A stretch of 64,000 nucleotides of DNA from Polyangiaceae bacterium (GTDB lineage Bacteria > Myxococcota_A > Polyangia > Polyangiales > Polyangiaceae). The position numbers and the translations under genes are program-made. The stretch lies in NCBI GenBank assembly GCA_036501935.1, contig DASXZL010000050.1, forward strand, positions 6,620 to 70,619. Reading direction: 5' to 3'. This document shows positions 10,162 through 19,007 of the stretch, one piece after another (position 1 is the first letter of the stretch; every line of letters starts with the position of its first letter). The notes below the pieces were generated by a model that was not told the DNA's origin, searched no databases, and was given only the letters and a program-made list of their open reading frames with translations.

Positions 10162-11109
10162 GTGGCCATCGCCGTCGACGAGCTCCGCGTACGCCACTCC
10201 GCCTGGATGCTCCTCGCGCCCGTCCCGTTCCTGCTGCACGGCGCCTGGTCCGCCTGGCGCGGCGTCTTTCACTGGGAAAACGCCGCCATCTGCCTCTTCT
10301 TCGTGATCACGGCGCTCGGGGGAGCGAGGACCCGGAGGCTGCTCGTCGGCGCGTACCCCCTCGGTCTCGTAGGCCTGATGTACACGTCGATGAAGGTCGT
10401 CGAGAACGTGGGCGTCTCCCCCGCGACCGTGCACCTGTGCGATCTCCGCGCCGCCGAGCTCGCGCTGTTCGGCATCACCGTCGGAGGCCAAAGGATGACG
10501 CTCCACGACTGGTGGCAAGTGCATCCGGTGCCTGCCCTCGACTTCCTCTGCGCCATTCCGTACGGCACCTTCCTCTTCGCGATCACCGGGTGCGCCATCT
10601 GGCTGTACTTCCGCGACTACACGCGGATGGTGCGCTTCGGCTGGTGTTACCTCGCCCTCAACGTCGCGGGCTTTCTGACCTACCACCTCTATCCCGCGGC
10701 CCCTCCCTGGTACTTTCACGCGCACGGCTGCGTCGTCGACCTGACCGTGCACGCCACCGAAGGCCCGAACCTCGCGCGGGTCGACGCCTGGCTCGGCGTC
10801 CCCTACTTCGCCGGCATGTACGGGAGGGCGAGCGACGTCTTCGGCGCGATGCCGAGCCTCCACGCGGCGTACGCTCTGCTCATCGTGCTCCTCGCGTGGC
10901 CCACGTACGGCGTCGGCTGGCGCATCGTCAGCGTCGCCTTCCTCGTCCTCATGTGCTTCGCCGCGGTCTATCTGGACCACCACTGGGTGCTCGACCTCGT
11001 GGCGGGCCTCCTCTACTGCGCGGTCGTGGTCGGCGTCTCCGTGGTCGCGGTGCGCCTCTCCGGGTGGTCCGCCTCGTCGAGGCGGCGCCCGGCGACGTGC
11101 TCGACGTGA
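10162..11109 (+). CDS. PAP2-superfamily polytopic membrane protein resembling AUR1-type inositol-phosphorylceramide / phosphoinositol transferases
   Basis: GTG start directly abuts the upstream TGA. Multiple TM segments. PAP2 C2-like FGAMPSLH and C3-like DHHWVLD (H-x3-D) motifs sit in the spacing seen in AUR1-type enzymes. The call rests on motifs only. Confidence 0.55.
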   Translation: MAIAVDELRVRHSAWMLLAPVPFLLHGAWSAWRGVFHWENAAICLFFVITALGGARTRRLLVGAYPLGLVGLMYTSMKVVENVGVSPATVHLCDLRAAELALFGITVGGQRMTLHDWWQVHPVPALDFLCAIPYGTFLFAITGCAIWLYFRDYTRMVRFGWCYLALNVAGFLTYHLYPAAPPWYFHAHGCVVDLTVHATEGPNLARVDAWLGVPYFAGMYGRASDVFGAMPSLHAAYALLIVLLAWPTYGVGWRIVSVAFLVLMCFAAVYLDHHWVLDLVAGLLYCAVVVGVSVVAVRLSGWSASSRRRPATCST

Positions 11110-11819
11110 GCGGGCGGGGCGCGGTCTTCGTCGACGCGATAGGCCTTCGCCATGGCCTCGGGCAGGGGGCGGATCGCGTCGCCCACGTAGCAGCGCTCCT
11201 CCACGAGGTCCTTGCGCGAACGGGCCGCGTGGCCTCCGAGCTGGTGGCTCCAGACGTCGCTGTAGAACGTCGGTCGAGCGGGATCGAGCGCGAGGACCTC
11301 CTTGCGCGAGAGCTCGTGCGGGTGCTCGCGCCCGTCGTCCACGAGCGCATGATCGATGGTCAACGAGCCGTCGGCCCCGAGGCGGTACACGATCGACACG
11401 CCCTCGACGTCCCCCGCGCCGTAGAGAGCACGCTGAAACCCGGGCGCGACCCAGAGCGCACGCGTGTAAACCATGTCGACCGCGAGCGCGGGGAGGACGC
11501 TCCACGTGAGCCAGTTGTTCCCCCAGGGCCGCTCCTCCGAATAGAACGCGAAGTACCCCACGGCGATGTGTCCGTCCGTCGTGGCCACGGCCCGGTAGTA
11601 GAGGACGTCCGAGCGCTTGCCCGCGCTGCGCACCGACGAACCGATGCACACGGGCTGGCTTTCGATCGCAGCCTGCTCCACGGTCACCTCGCCGCGCGGA
11701 CCGGGGGCCGTGGGGAGCGCGCCCGCGAACGGGAAACAGGCCATCGTGAAGACCGCCGGCGCTACGATCAACCACGTCTGGCGGGGACCGGTTGACGCGC
11801 CGTCGAGCCGAAGTCCCAT
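11013..11819 (-). CDS. Hypothetical membrane-anchored/secreted protein
   Basis: Track ORF with a plausible N-terminal hydrophobic anchor (WLIVAPAVFTMACFPFAGA). The sequence is globular-looking and not low-complexity. Its 3' end overlaps the convergent gene by 97 nt. Confidence 0.5.
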   Translation of the reverse strand: MGLRLDGASTGPRQTWLIVAPAVFTMACFPFAGALPTAPGPRGEVTVEQAAIESQPVCIGSSVRSAGKRSDVLYYRAVATTDGHIAVGYFAFYSEERPWGNNWLTWSVLPALAVDMVYTRALWVAPGFQRALYGAGDVEGVSIVYRLGADGSLTIDHALVDDGREHPHELSRKEVLALDPARPTFYSDVWSHQLGGHAARSRKDLVEERCYVGDAIRPLPEAMAKAYRVDEDRAPPAHVEHVAGRRLDEADHPERRTATTETPTTTAQ

Positions 11820-11948
11820 CGAGGGTCCGGACGATACACAGACGCCAAGCCTGGTTGCGAGCTGAGCCGCACATTTCGTGAGTAGAGTGTGGGCAGTACT
11901 GCGCGTGGGTGGGAATGAGGCGCAACGACTTCGGGGCCCGACCTCGGC

Positions 11949-13253
11949 TCAGAAGGTCAGGCCGTCCTCGACGTAAATGCCGAACGGAAAGCCGGGGTTC
12001 TCTGCGGTGGCGTCGGGCGAATAGGCGAAGTCGAAGCGGAACAGCGCGGCCTGGCCCCAGAGTAAGTACGCGCCCACCCCGGTGCCCCACTTGAGCCCCA
12101 GCCCGCTGCCATCGAGCGGCGAGTGGAAGGTGTAGTCGCTCCACACGCGCCCCGTGTCGAAGAAGACGTCGTGGCCGAGCCGGATGGTCTGACCGAACAC
12201 GTGAAAGCTGGAGTAGAGGGTGCGAAGCTCCACGTTCCCGACGGCCTTGATCTGACCGAGGTAACGGCCGAACGGGACGCCGCGGATCGAGGCCGAGCCG
12301 CCGATCATGTAGTCGGGGTTGAAGACGCCCCCCGTGAAGAGCTCGAAGAAAGGGACGTGGCCGAACTTGAAGTCCGCGGCTCCCTGGACGGCCAGGACGA
12401 AGGGGCCCCCGAGGGGTGTGTACTTGGCCACCGTGATCTCGCCCTCGCCGTAGGTGAGGCCCGCGCCGAGAGGAAAGGCCTGCGAGAACCGCGCACCGAC
12501 CTGATCGAGCCAGCCCGAGCGGGTGAAGATTTCCGAGTCGCGCGAGTCGTAGAGGAGCCCTGCCCCTTCGGAGACGATGGCGAGCGGCTGCGTGCCCAGC
12601 ACATAGGGGCTCCCGTTGGGGGCGCGCTCCGTCGTGTCTTCGGCGAGCCGGCTGCCGGCGTACGGGGTCGGGTTCACGTAGCGGGCGATCGTCGACGAGA
12701 GGAAATAGAGGGGGCCGGAGAGCTGGTAACGCGTCAGCTGACGAACGCCGCCCTCCTCGTGCGTGTACTCGAAGTACCGGTTGTCCGACCCTGCGGGCCG
12801 CGCCGCGCTCGAGGCGTTGCCGAGGCCGAAGTATCCCTGGTTTACCGTCCGGCGAAACTCGGCGAACGGATTCACGCGGAGTCTGCCGCCATCGAGCCCC
12901 GGTACGTCGATGTCCCAGAGATACGATTGCTGCGCCAGCTCGACGCCGCCGGGAATGCTCTTCACGCTCGCCGATGCCACGAGGTCCATGTTCCAACGGT
13001 AAGGGACGACCCCGCCGCCGAAGAGCGACAGGGTCGCCGCGCCGCCGAACTCGAAGCCGACGTCGCTGTTGCCTCCGAGGATCGGGAAGGCAGCGGGCTC
13101 GTAGCGGCGCGTCAGGTAGTCGCACTCCTCTTCCGCCTTGACCAAGCTCGCGGGGTTCGTGACGGGCGCCGGATCCGCGGCGAACGCGGGGCGCGGCGCG
13201 AGGCTCGACACGCCAGCGACGAGCCCCAGTACGAGTCGAGCTCGCCGGACCAC
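11949..13253 (-). CDS. Omp85/surface-antigen(D15)-like outer-membrane beta-barrel protein without obvious POTRA region
   Basis: This is the C-terminal part of track ORF 11949..17444. I place the start at GTG 13253, giving the signal peptide VRRARLVLGLVAGVSSLAPRPAFA-ADP. The protein shows an alternating beta-strand pattern and a C-terminal aromatic (…GIYVEDGLTF). Confidence 0.6.
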   Translation of the reverse strand: MVRRARLVLGLVAGVSSLAPRPAFAADPAPVTNPASLVKAEEECDYLTRRYEPAAFPILGGNSDVGFEFGGAATLSLFGGGVVPYRWNMDLVASASVKSIPGGVELAQQSYLWDIDVPGLDGGRLRVNPFAEFRRTVNQGYFGLGNASSAARPAGSDNRYFEYTHEEGGVRQLTRYQLSGPLYFLSSTIARYVNPTPYAGSRLAEDTTERAPNGSPYVLGTQPLAIVSEGAGLLYDSRDSEIFTRSGWLDQVGARFSQAFPLGAGLTYGEGEITVAKYTPLGGPFVLAVQGAADFKFGHVPFFELFTGGVFNPDYMIGGSASIRGVPFGRYLGQIKAVGNVELRTLYSSFHVFGQTIRLGHDVFFDTGRVWSDYTFHSPLDGSGLGLKWGTGVGAYLLWGQAALFRFDFAYSPDATAENPGFPFGIYVEDGLTF

Positions 13254-13333
13254 GGGCCTAAGGCGTGCAACGCGAGTGCCTCGGCGCGACGCGCCGGACG
13301 AGGACGCCTCTGCCGCGAGAGCGGCGGAGACCG

Positions 13334-15193
13334 CTACTTTCGCTTCGTGTGGCGCAGCGGTGCGTTGCCGCCGCGATCCGCGCGTGGGGGAGCCTCGACG
13401 GTGCGTCGCCGTGGAAATGCCCGGGGAGGGCGCTCCTCGACGCGGGCCGGACGGTCGGCGGGCGCGGGCGGCACGCTGTAGGGAGGGGCAGGCCGACGGG
13501 GCCCCTCCGGCGGGGGACTCGGCGGTCCAGGCCGCGGCGCCGCGTCGGCCCGCGTGATGAGCACGCGCGGATCGCGCGGATCGGGCTTGGCTGCCTCGCG
13601 CTCGAACGCCTCGGCCACGCCGCGGGCCACATCGACGAACGAGCAACCGGCCTCGACGCGGATGGCCCCGACGTCGCCGCCACGGATGTTCCCGCGCCGG
13701 CACGCCACGGCGAGGAGACGTCGCGCGTCGGCCCCGTTGCGCCCGCCCCAGGTCACACGGAACGTGACCCAGTCGGCCGGTCCGGTCGGCTTCCGTGGAG
13801 CACGCCCCTCCGCAGCCCGCGGTGGCGTCCGCGCCGGAGGATGGTCGTCCCGCGGCGGCGGGATGGCGCGCACTTCGCGCGCCTTGGTCGGACCGTGCAG
13901 GCCCGCCTTGACGACCAGCCGCGCCAGCGCCGTCACGAGCGCGCCGCTCTTCACGATGCGCTCGGCGATCGACAGCGCGTGCGGATCGATGGTCTCGCCG
14001 TCCCCCTCGCGGGCGAGCCACGCGACGAGCTTCTCCTCGCGCGCGCGCTGGATGGCCTCGGGCCGAGGGATGGGCTCCACGCGGTGCGCGATCTTGGCGC
14101 GCGCGAACCCTCGCGTGATGGCCTGGTAGTGGTTCGGCGACACGAAGAGAACGCTCGTCCCCTGCTTGCCCGCGCGCCCCGTGCGGCCGCTCCTGTGCGT
14201 GTACGTCTCCACGTCCGTCGGCGGCTCGATCTGGATGACGCGCGCGATGTCGCGGACGTCGATGCCTCGCGCCGCCACGTCGGTCGCGATGAGGGCCTGG
14301 ACGCCCCCCTGCCGGAACGCCGCGAGCGCGCGGTCCCTCTCCGGCTGCTCCATTTCCCCCGACAGCGTGCGGACGACGAAGCCGGCCTCCGCGAGCTCGC
14401 CCGCGATGCGAGCGACGTCGGCCCGCGTCCGCGCGAAGACGAGCGACTTCGCCTCCTCGTCCGAGAGAAGGAGGTTCACGAGCGCGTCGACCCGCTTGCC
14501 CGGCTCGACCAGGTGCACGATGTGCTCGATGTCCGCGTGGGCTTCTCCCAGGCGCGTGCCCTGCACGTGCACCGGCTCTTTCTGGAAGCGGTCGGCCAGC
14601 GCCACGACGTCGCGAGAGAACGTCGCCGAGACCAGGTGCGAACGACGCTCGGCCGGGAGCATGGCCAGGATGGCCTCCAGGTCCTCGCGGAAGCCGAGGT
14701 CGAGCATCGAGTCGGCCTCGTCGAGCACCACGGCCGCCAGGTTGGACGGATCGAGCCTCTGGCGCTCCAGCGCGTCGCGGAGCCTTCCCGGGGTGGCCAC
14801 GACGACCGCGGGGTTCGACGAGAGCGCTCGCTTCTGGTCGAGATAGCCGGAGCCGCCGGTGACGGCCGCGACGCGGACCCGCAGCGGCGCGTAGAGCCAC
14901 GTCAGCTCGTCGGCGACCTGCTTGGCCAGCTCGCGTGTGGGCGCGAGGACGAGGACACGCGGACGCGCGACGCCACCGTACTGGGCGGTCAGGTCGTCGA
15001 GCAGGTCGCGCACGGCGAAGCCGATGGCGAGGGTCTTGCCCGAGCCGGTCTGCGAGGTAATGCGCAGATCGCGCCCCTCGAGCGCCTCGTCGAGCACCGC
15101 CTCCTGCACGGGAGTGAGCGTGTCGTACCCCTTCGTGGCGAGCGCCGACGCGAGCGCCGGGCCGACGAGGTGCGTGAGGTCGGCGGCGGTCAT
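13334..15193 (-). CDS. DEAD-box ATP-dependent RNA helicase with DbpA-like C-terminal RNA-binding domain and Arg/Pro-rich tail
   Basis: Q-motif TPVQ, motif I SQTGSGKT, motif II VLDEADSMLD, motif III SAT, and motif VI HRSGRTGRAG. C-terminal segment WVTFRVTWGGRNGADARRLLA. Confidence 0.9.
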   Translation of the reverse strand: MTAADLTHLVGPALASALATKGYDTLTPVQEAVLDEALEGRDLRITSQTGSGKTLAIGFAVRDLLDDLTAQYGGVARPRVLVLAPTRELAKQVADELTWLYAPLRVRVAAVTGGSGYLDQKRALSSNPAVVVATPGRLRDALERQRLDPSNLAAVVLDEADSMLDLGFREDLEAILAMLPAERRSHLVSATFSRDVVALADRFQKEPVHVQGTRLGEAHADIEHIVHLVEPGKRVDALVNLLLSDEEAKSLVFARTRADVARIAGELAEAGFVVRTLSGEMEQPERDRALAAFRQGGVQALIATDVAARGIDVRDIARVIQIEPPTDVETYTHRSGRTGRAGKQGTSVLFVSPNHYQAITRGFARAKIAHRVEPIPRPEAIQRAREEKLVAWLAREGDGETIDPHALSIAERIVKSGALVTALARLVVKAGLHGPTKAREVRAIPPPRDDHPPARTPPRAAEGRAPRKPTGPADWVTFRVTWGGRNGADARRLLAVACRRGNIRGGDVGAIRVEAGCSFVDVARGVAEAFEREAAKPDPRDPRVLITRADAAPRPGPPSPPPEGPRRPAPPYSVPPAPADRPARVEERPPRAFPRRRTVEAPPRADRGGNAPLRHTKRK

Positions 15194-15275
15194 GGGGGAC
15201 GCGATGTAGCACGCGGTCCCGGCGGAGGCTCCTGATCGAGCGCTCGATGGAACGTCGGTTGCTCAGGGGAGATGC

Positions 15276-15824
15276 ATGCGAACGTCGATGCGTGCAGGGC
15301 TCCTCGGTGTGGCGGTGCTTTCGACGGCGGGTCTCGCGGGGGCATCGCGTGAGCGATCCCCCGTGTTCGACGCCGCGACCGTCGAGAGCTACTCGGCGGC
15401 GACGCACCGCTCGAAGTCGGCGCGCATCCTGGCCGAGGACGCGATCGCGGCTCCCACGGCTGCGACGCCGGGCCCCGGCGCGGTGCTGCGTGAGGGACCA
15501 TTGCTCTCGTGGCGTCTCGACGACCCGTCCCTCGACGGAGCCCGCGTCGAGCTGAGCCCGTCCCCCGACTTCGAGGACGCGACGACGGTCCGCTACGACG
15601 TGCGCGGCGTGGGGCTCGGGATCCCGGCGGTCCCAGGGCTCTGGTACTGGCGCTTGCGAGGGCGCAGCGACGGCACGATCGGCGCTCGGCCCGGGCCGAC
15701 GTGGTCCTTCACCGTGAGCCCGCGGCCCCATGCGCCGCGCGCCCCCGACGGGCCCGACTGGGGCAACCCGTATGACCTGCTTCTCCGGGGCATTCCGCCC
15801 GGACCGTGGAGCGACATGCGGTGA
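15276..15824 (+). CDS. Secreted hypothetical protein
   Basis: Signal peptide MRTSMRAGLLGVAVLSTAGLAGA. The frame has G/C-rich third positions. No family recognised. Confidence 0.5.
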   Translation: MRTSMRAGLLGVAVLSTAGLAGASRERSPVFDAATVESYSAATHRSKSARILAEDAIAAPTAATPGPGAVLREGPLLSWRLDDPSLDGARVELSPSPDFEDATTVRYDVRGVGLGIPAVPGLWYWRLRGRSDGTIGARPGPTWSFTVSPRPHAPRAPDGPDWGNPYDLLLRGIPPGPWSDMR

Positions 15825-15902
15825 GGCACGGCGGACCGGTTCACGGCTCGGGCGTGGCCGGCGTTTGCCCGGTCGTACGTCTCGTGGTGATCTCTGCGCG
15901 CC

Positions 15903-17696
15903 TTGGACACACCTCGCTCCGTCGCCGTCTTCGCGTTCGTCCTCCTCGCCGCAGCCGGGGGCCAGGTCGCTTGTTCCGCACCACCGCCCGCCGTCCTGCC
16001 GGCGGCGGCTTCGGCCGTCCCGGTGGTTGCGCCGGTACGGGACGCCGCGCCGCCCCTCGTCCACGTCCAGATCCTCGCCATCAACGACTTCCACGGAAAC
16101 CTCGAGCCGCCGTCCGGAACCAACGGCGTCGTCCTGGCCGCGCCGGACGACCCGCTGGCCTCCACTCCGGGCGCGCGCGCAACCGACGCGGGCGTCACGT
16201 TGATCCCTGCCGGCGGCGCCGCGTTCCTCGCGACCCACATCGCACGCCTCCGCGCCGCGAACCCGACGACGGTCGTCGTCTCGGCGGGCGATCTCACCGG
16301 CGCGAGCCCGCTCCTCTCGAACCTCTACGACGACGAGCCCACCGTCCAGGCGATGAGCCGCCTGGGCCTCGATCTCGAGGCCGTGGGAAACCACGACTTC
16401 GATCGCGGTCTGTCTGCGTTGAAGCGCCTCCAGGCGGGCGCTTGCCCGCCGGGCGACTGCGACGCCGGTGCCTTCCCCGCCGCGTCGTTCGAGTACCTGG
16501 CCGCCAACGTGATCGACGACTCCACCGGCCACACCGCCTTCCCGCCCTACTCCATCCGCGACCTCGGCGGCGCGCGCGTCGCCTTCATCGGCGAGACGCT
16601 GCGACAGACGCCGAAGGTCACCAAGGTGGACGCCGTGAAGGGGCTCTCGTTCGAGGACGAGGCGACGACGGCGAACGCGCTCGTGCCGGAGCTCCAGCAG
16701 AAGGGCGTCTCGGCCATCGTGCTCCTCCTCCATCAGGGCGGGATGCAATCCCCGGGTGGCACCTACGACGCCTGCCAGGGCTTCTCCGGGGATCTCGGCC
16801 CCATCCTCGACAGGCTGAGCCCCGCCATCGACGTCGTCGTCAGCGGGCACACCCATCAGGCGTACGACTGCCTCATCGGCGGCCGCCTCGTCACGAGCGC
16901 CATGAGCTACGGGCGGCTCGTCACCAAGATCGATCTCACCATCGACCCCTCGGCTCATCGAGTCGTCGACAAGCACGCGCGAAACGTCCCCGTCACGCGC
17001 GACGTCCCTCCGGATCCCGAGGTCACGAAGGTCGTCCAGACCTACGAGGACAAGGCGCGCAGCGTGATGATGCGGGTGGTGGGGTACGTGAAGAAGAACG
17101 TCACGGGCAACGCGCGAGCCGCGAGGAGCGCCTCGTGCGAGACGCCCCTCGGCGACCTCATCGCGGACGCCATGCGCGCGGCGACGGGGGCGGACATCGC
17201 GTTCATGAACCCCGGCGGCATCCGGGCCGACCTCGTGGCGAAGCGCGAGGGCCGCCCCGACTTCGCCGTCACGTACGGCGACGCGTTCGAGGTGCAGCCC
17301 TTCCAGAACGCCCTCGTCACGATGAAGCTGCGCGGGACGCAGATCCGCGCGCTGCTCGAGGGACAGTTCGGGACCCGGCAGGAGCCGCGCATCCTCCAGG
17401 TGTCCAAGGGCTTCTCGTATCTCTACGCGTACGACGGAACGCACGAGCGGGCCGTCCTGTCGAATCTGCGCCTCGACGGCAAGCCCATCGATCCGGCGAG
17501 GACGTACCGCGTGACGGTGCCGTCCTTCCTCGCCGGCGGCGGCGACAGCTTCGCCGTGCTCCAGAGCGGGGAGGACCGAAAGCAGGGGCCGATCGACGTC
17601 GATGCGCTGAGCGCGTACCTCGGGAAGGTCAGCACGGCGGGAACACCGTTCGACCCGCCGGCGGCAGGAAGGATCACCGGCGACGGCTGCAAGTGA
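15903..17696 (+). CDS. Bifunctional metallophosphatase / 5'-nucleotidase (UshA-like), lipoprotein
   Basis: Calcineurin-like motifs ILAINDFHGNL and GNHDFD. C-terminal 5'-nucleotidase block NPGGIRAD. Signal peptide with Cys (AAAGGQVAC). Confidence 0.85.
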   Translation: MDTPRSVAVFAFVLLAAAGGQVACSAPPPAVLPAAASAVPVVAPVRDAAPPLVHVQILAINDFHGNLEPPSGTNGVVLAAPDDPLASTPGARATDAGVTLIPAGGAAFLATHIARLRAANPTTVVVSAGDLTGASPLLSNLYDDEPTVQAMSRLGLDLEAVGNHDFDRGLSALKRLQAGACPPGDCDAGAFPAASFEYLAANVIDDSTGHTAFPPYSIRDLGGARVAFIGETLRQTPKVTKVDAVKGLSFEDEATTANALVPELQQKGVSAIVLLLHQGGMQSPGGTYDACQGFSGDLGPILDRLSPAIDVVVSGHTHQAYDCLIGGRLVTSAMSYGRLVTKIDLTIDPSAHRVVDKHARNVPVTRDVPPDPEVTKVVQTYEDKARSVMMRVVGYVKKNVTGNARAARSASCETPLGDLIADAMRAATGADIAFMNPGGIRADLVAKREGRPDFAVTYGDAFEVQPFQNALVTMKLRGTQIRALLEGQFGTRQEPRILQVSKGFSYLYAYDGTHERAVLSNLRLDGKPIDPARTYRVTVPSFLAGGGDSFAVLQSGEDRKQGPIDVDALSAYLGKVSTAGTPFDPPAAGRITGDGCK

Positions 17697-17705
17697 GCCC
17701 GCGGC

Positions 17706-18953
17706 TCAGGGGAGGCACCCGAGGGGCAACGCTTGCACACCGTCCGGCGTGTCGCCGAGGCCCCCGGAGAAGACGAGGAGCGCCCGCAGCCCGGCGGGAG
17801 CTTCGACGACGACCCGGACGACGCCGAGGTCGGCGAACGTGCCCAGCGGGGTGACGGGTCCGCGGGGCGTGCCGTCGGGCGCGAGCGCCACGACGAAGAG
17901 ATCGTAGAGCGACGTCGACTCGACGAGCTCGAAAAACGCGAGCAGGGCGTCGCCGTTCGGCGCCGGCGCGAGCGTGAATCCGTAGAGTGGGCCTGCTCCG
18001 GGCCGAGGAAGACGAGACGGGGTGGACGTCGCCCTGCCGTCGCCGTCGACCGGCAGCACGAAGATGGAGCTGGCGTCTCCCAGCCACGCGGTCAAAGCGC
18101 CGCCGTGGGTCTCGGCCATCGAGACGAGCGAAGCGGAGCTATCGGTGAGGAGGAAGGGGGACGCGAGGGGCGACCCGTCGGGAGCGAGGTGCTGGAGCGA
18201 GGTCGCGAGGGCGCCCGCGTCGGTCTGCTCGAACGTGCCAAGGAGGAAGGAGTCGTCGCGCAGCACGAGGCGCCCGCCCACGCTGGGGCTCGCCGTCGCG
18301 AGGAGCAAGCTGGCCCGAGGGCTTCCGTCCGCGGCGACCGTCGAGAGGGTCCATCGGCCGTCGCCGCTGCCGTCCGTGCTCAGGAACGAGAAGCCGCCCG
18401 CGACGGCGGCGAGGTCGCTGCAGGCCGTGCCTGGCGGCGCCACGACCACCGAGGCCCCGAGGTCGTCACCGTCCCCGTCGAGCGGCACGAAGCGGCAGCC
18501 GTTCAAGGGGTCGTCCACGAGGCCGGCGAACGCGACGCCGCTCACCGCGAGGGACATGACGTTCACGTAGACGCCGCCCGCCGTCGGGAACGTGAGGTGC
18601 GTGCGGATGGCAGCCCGGGGAGTCGCGTCGAACCACAGTGGGCGGGTGCTCCACGTGCTGCTCGGCTCGTCGTCGAGCGTGGACCACGTCGCGATCACGC
18701 CGTCGCCGCTCGGCACGACCGACGTGAAATAGCTCATGCTCCCGGCACTCGTCGGCGCGGAGATGGTCACGCCCGGCCCCGCCACGGACCACGCGCTGCA
18801 AGTCGCCGCGGGCGCCCCGGGACCGGCGTCGTTCGGCGGAGCTCCGCCATCCTCGGTCGCGAGCGTGCTCCGACCGCCGCAACCGCCCGCGGCCAGCGCA
18901 GTGATCGCCGCCACCGCGACGCGCGCGGAAGTCCCCCCGCCAGCCCCACTCAC
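17706..18953 (-). CDS. Hypothetical lipoprotein
   Basis: Lipobox ALAAGGC close to the N-terminus. Ser/Gly/Asp-rich but non-repetitive, beta-rich-looking sequence. No family recognised. Confidence 0.5.
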   Translation of the reverse strand: MSGAGGGTSARVAVAAITALAAGGCGGRSTLATEDGGAPPNDAGPGAPAATCSAWSVAGPGVTISAPTSAGSMSYFTSVVPSGDGVIATWSTLDDEPSSTWSTRPLWFDATPRAAIRTHLTFPTAGGVYVNVMSLAVSGVAFAGLVDDPLNGCRFVPLDGDGDDLGASVVVAPPGTACSDLAAVAGGFSFLSTDGSGDGRWTLSTVAADGSPRASLLLATASPSVGGRLVLRDDSFLLGTFEQTDAGALATSLQHLAPDGSPLASPFLLTDSSASLVSMAETHGGALTAWLGDASSIFVLPVDGDGRATSTPSRLPRPGAGPLYGFTLAPAPNGDALLAFFELVESTSLYDLFVVALAPDGTPRGPVTPLGTFADLGVVRVVVEAPAGLRALLVFSGGLGDTPDGVQALPLGCLP

Positions 18954-19007
18954 CCTTCGATGATCTCACGAAGGCCCGCCCCGTGAAAGGCCACCGACTC
19001 GCGGGCG

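Noticed and set aside
13254-17444. Upstream 1400 aa of track ORF 11949..17444, read as one 1831-aa protein.
   Set aside because: Only the last 435 codons look like a protein (signal peptide plus beta-barrel). The rest is antisense to the 5'-nucleotidase gene and out of frame over the same-strand DEAD-box helicase gene, and it is Arg/Gly/Ala/Pro-rich.
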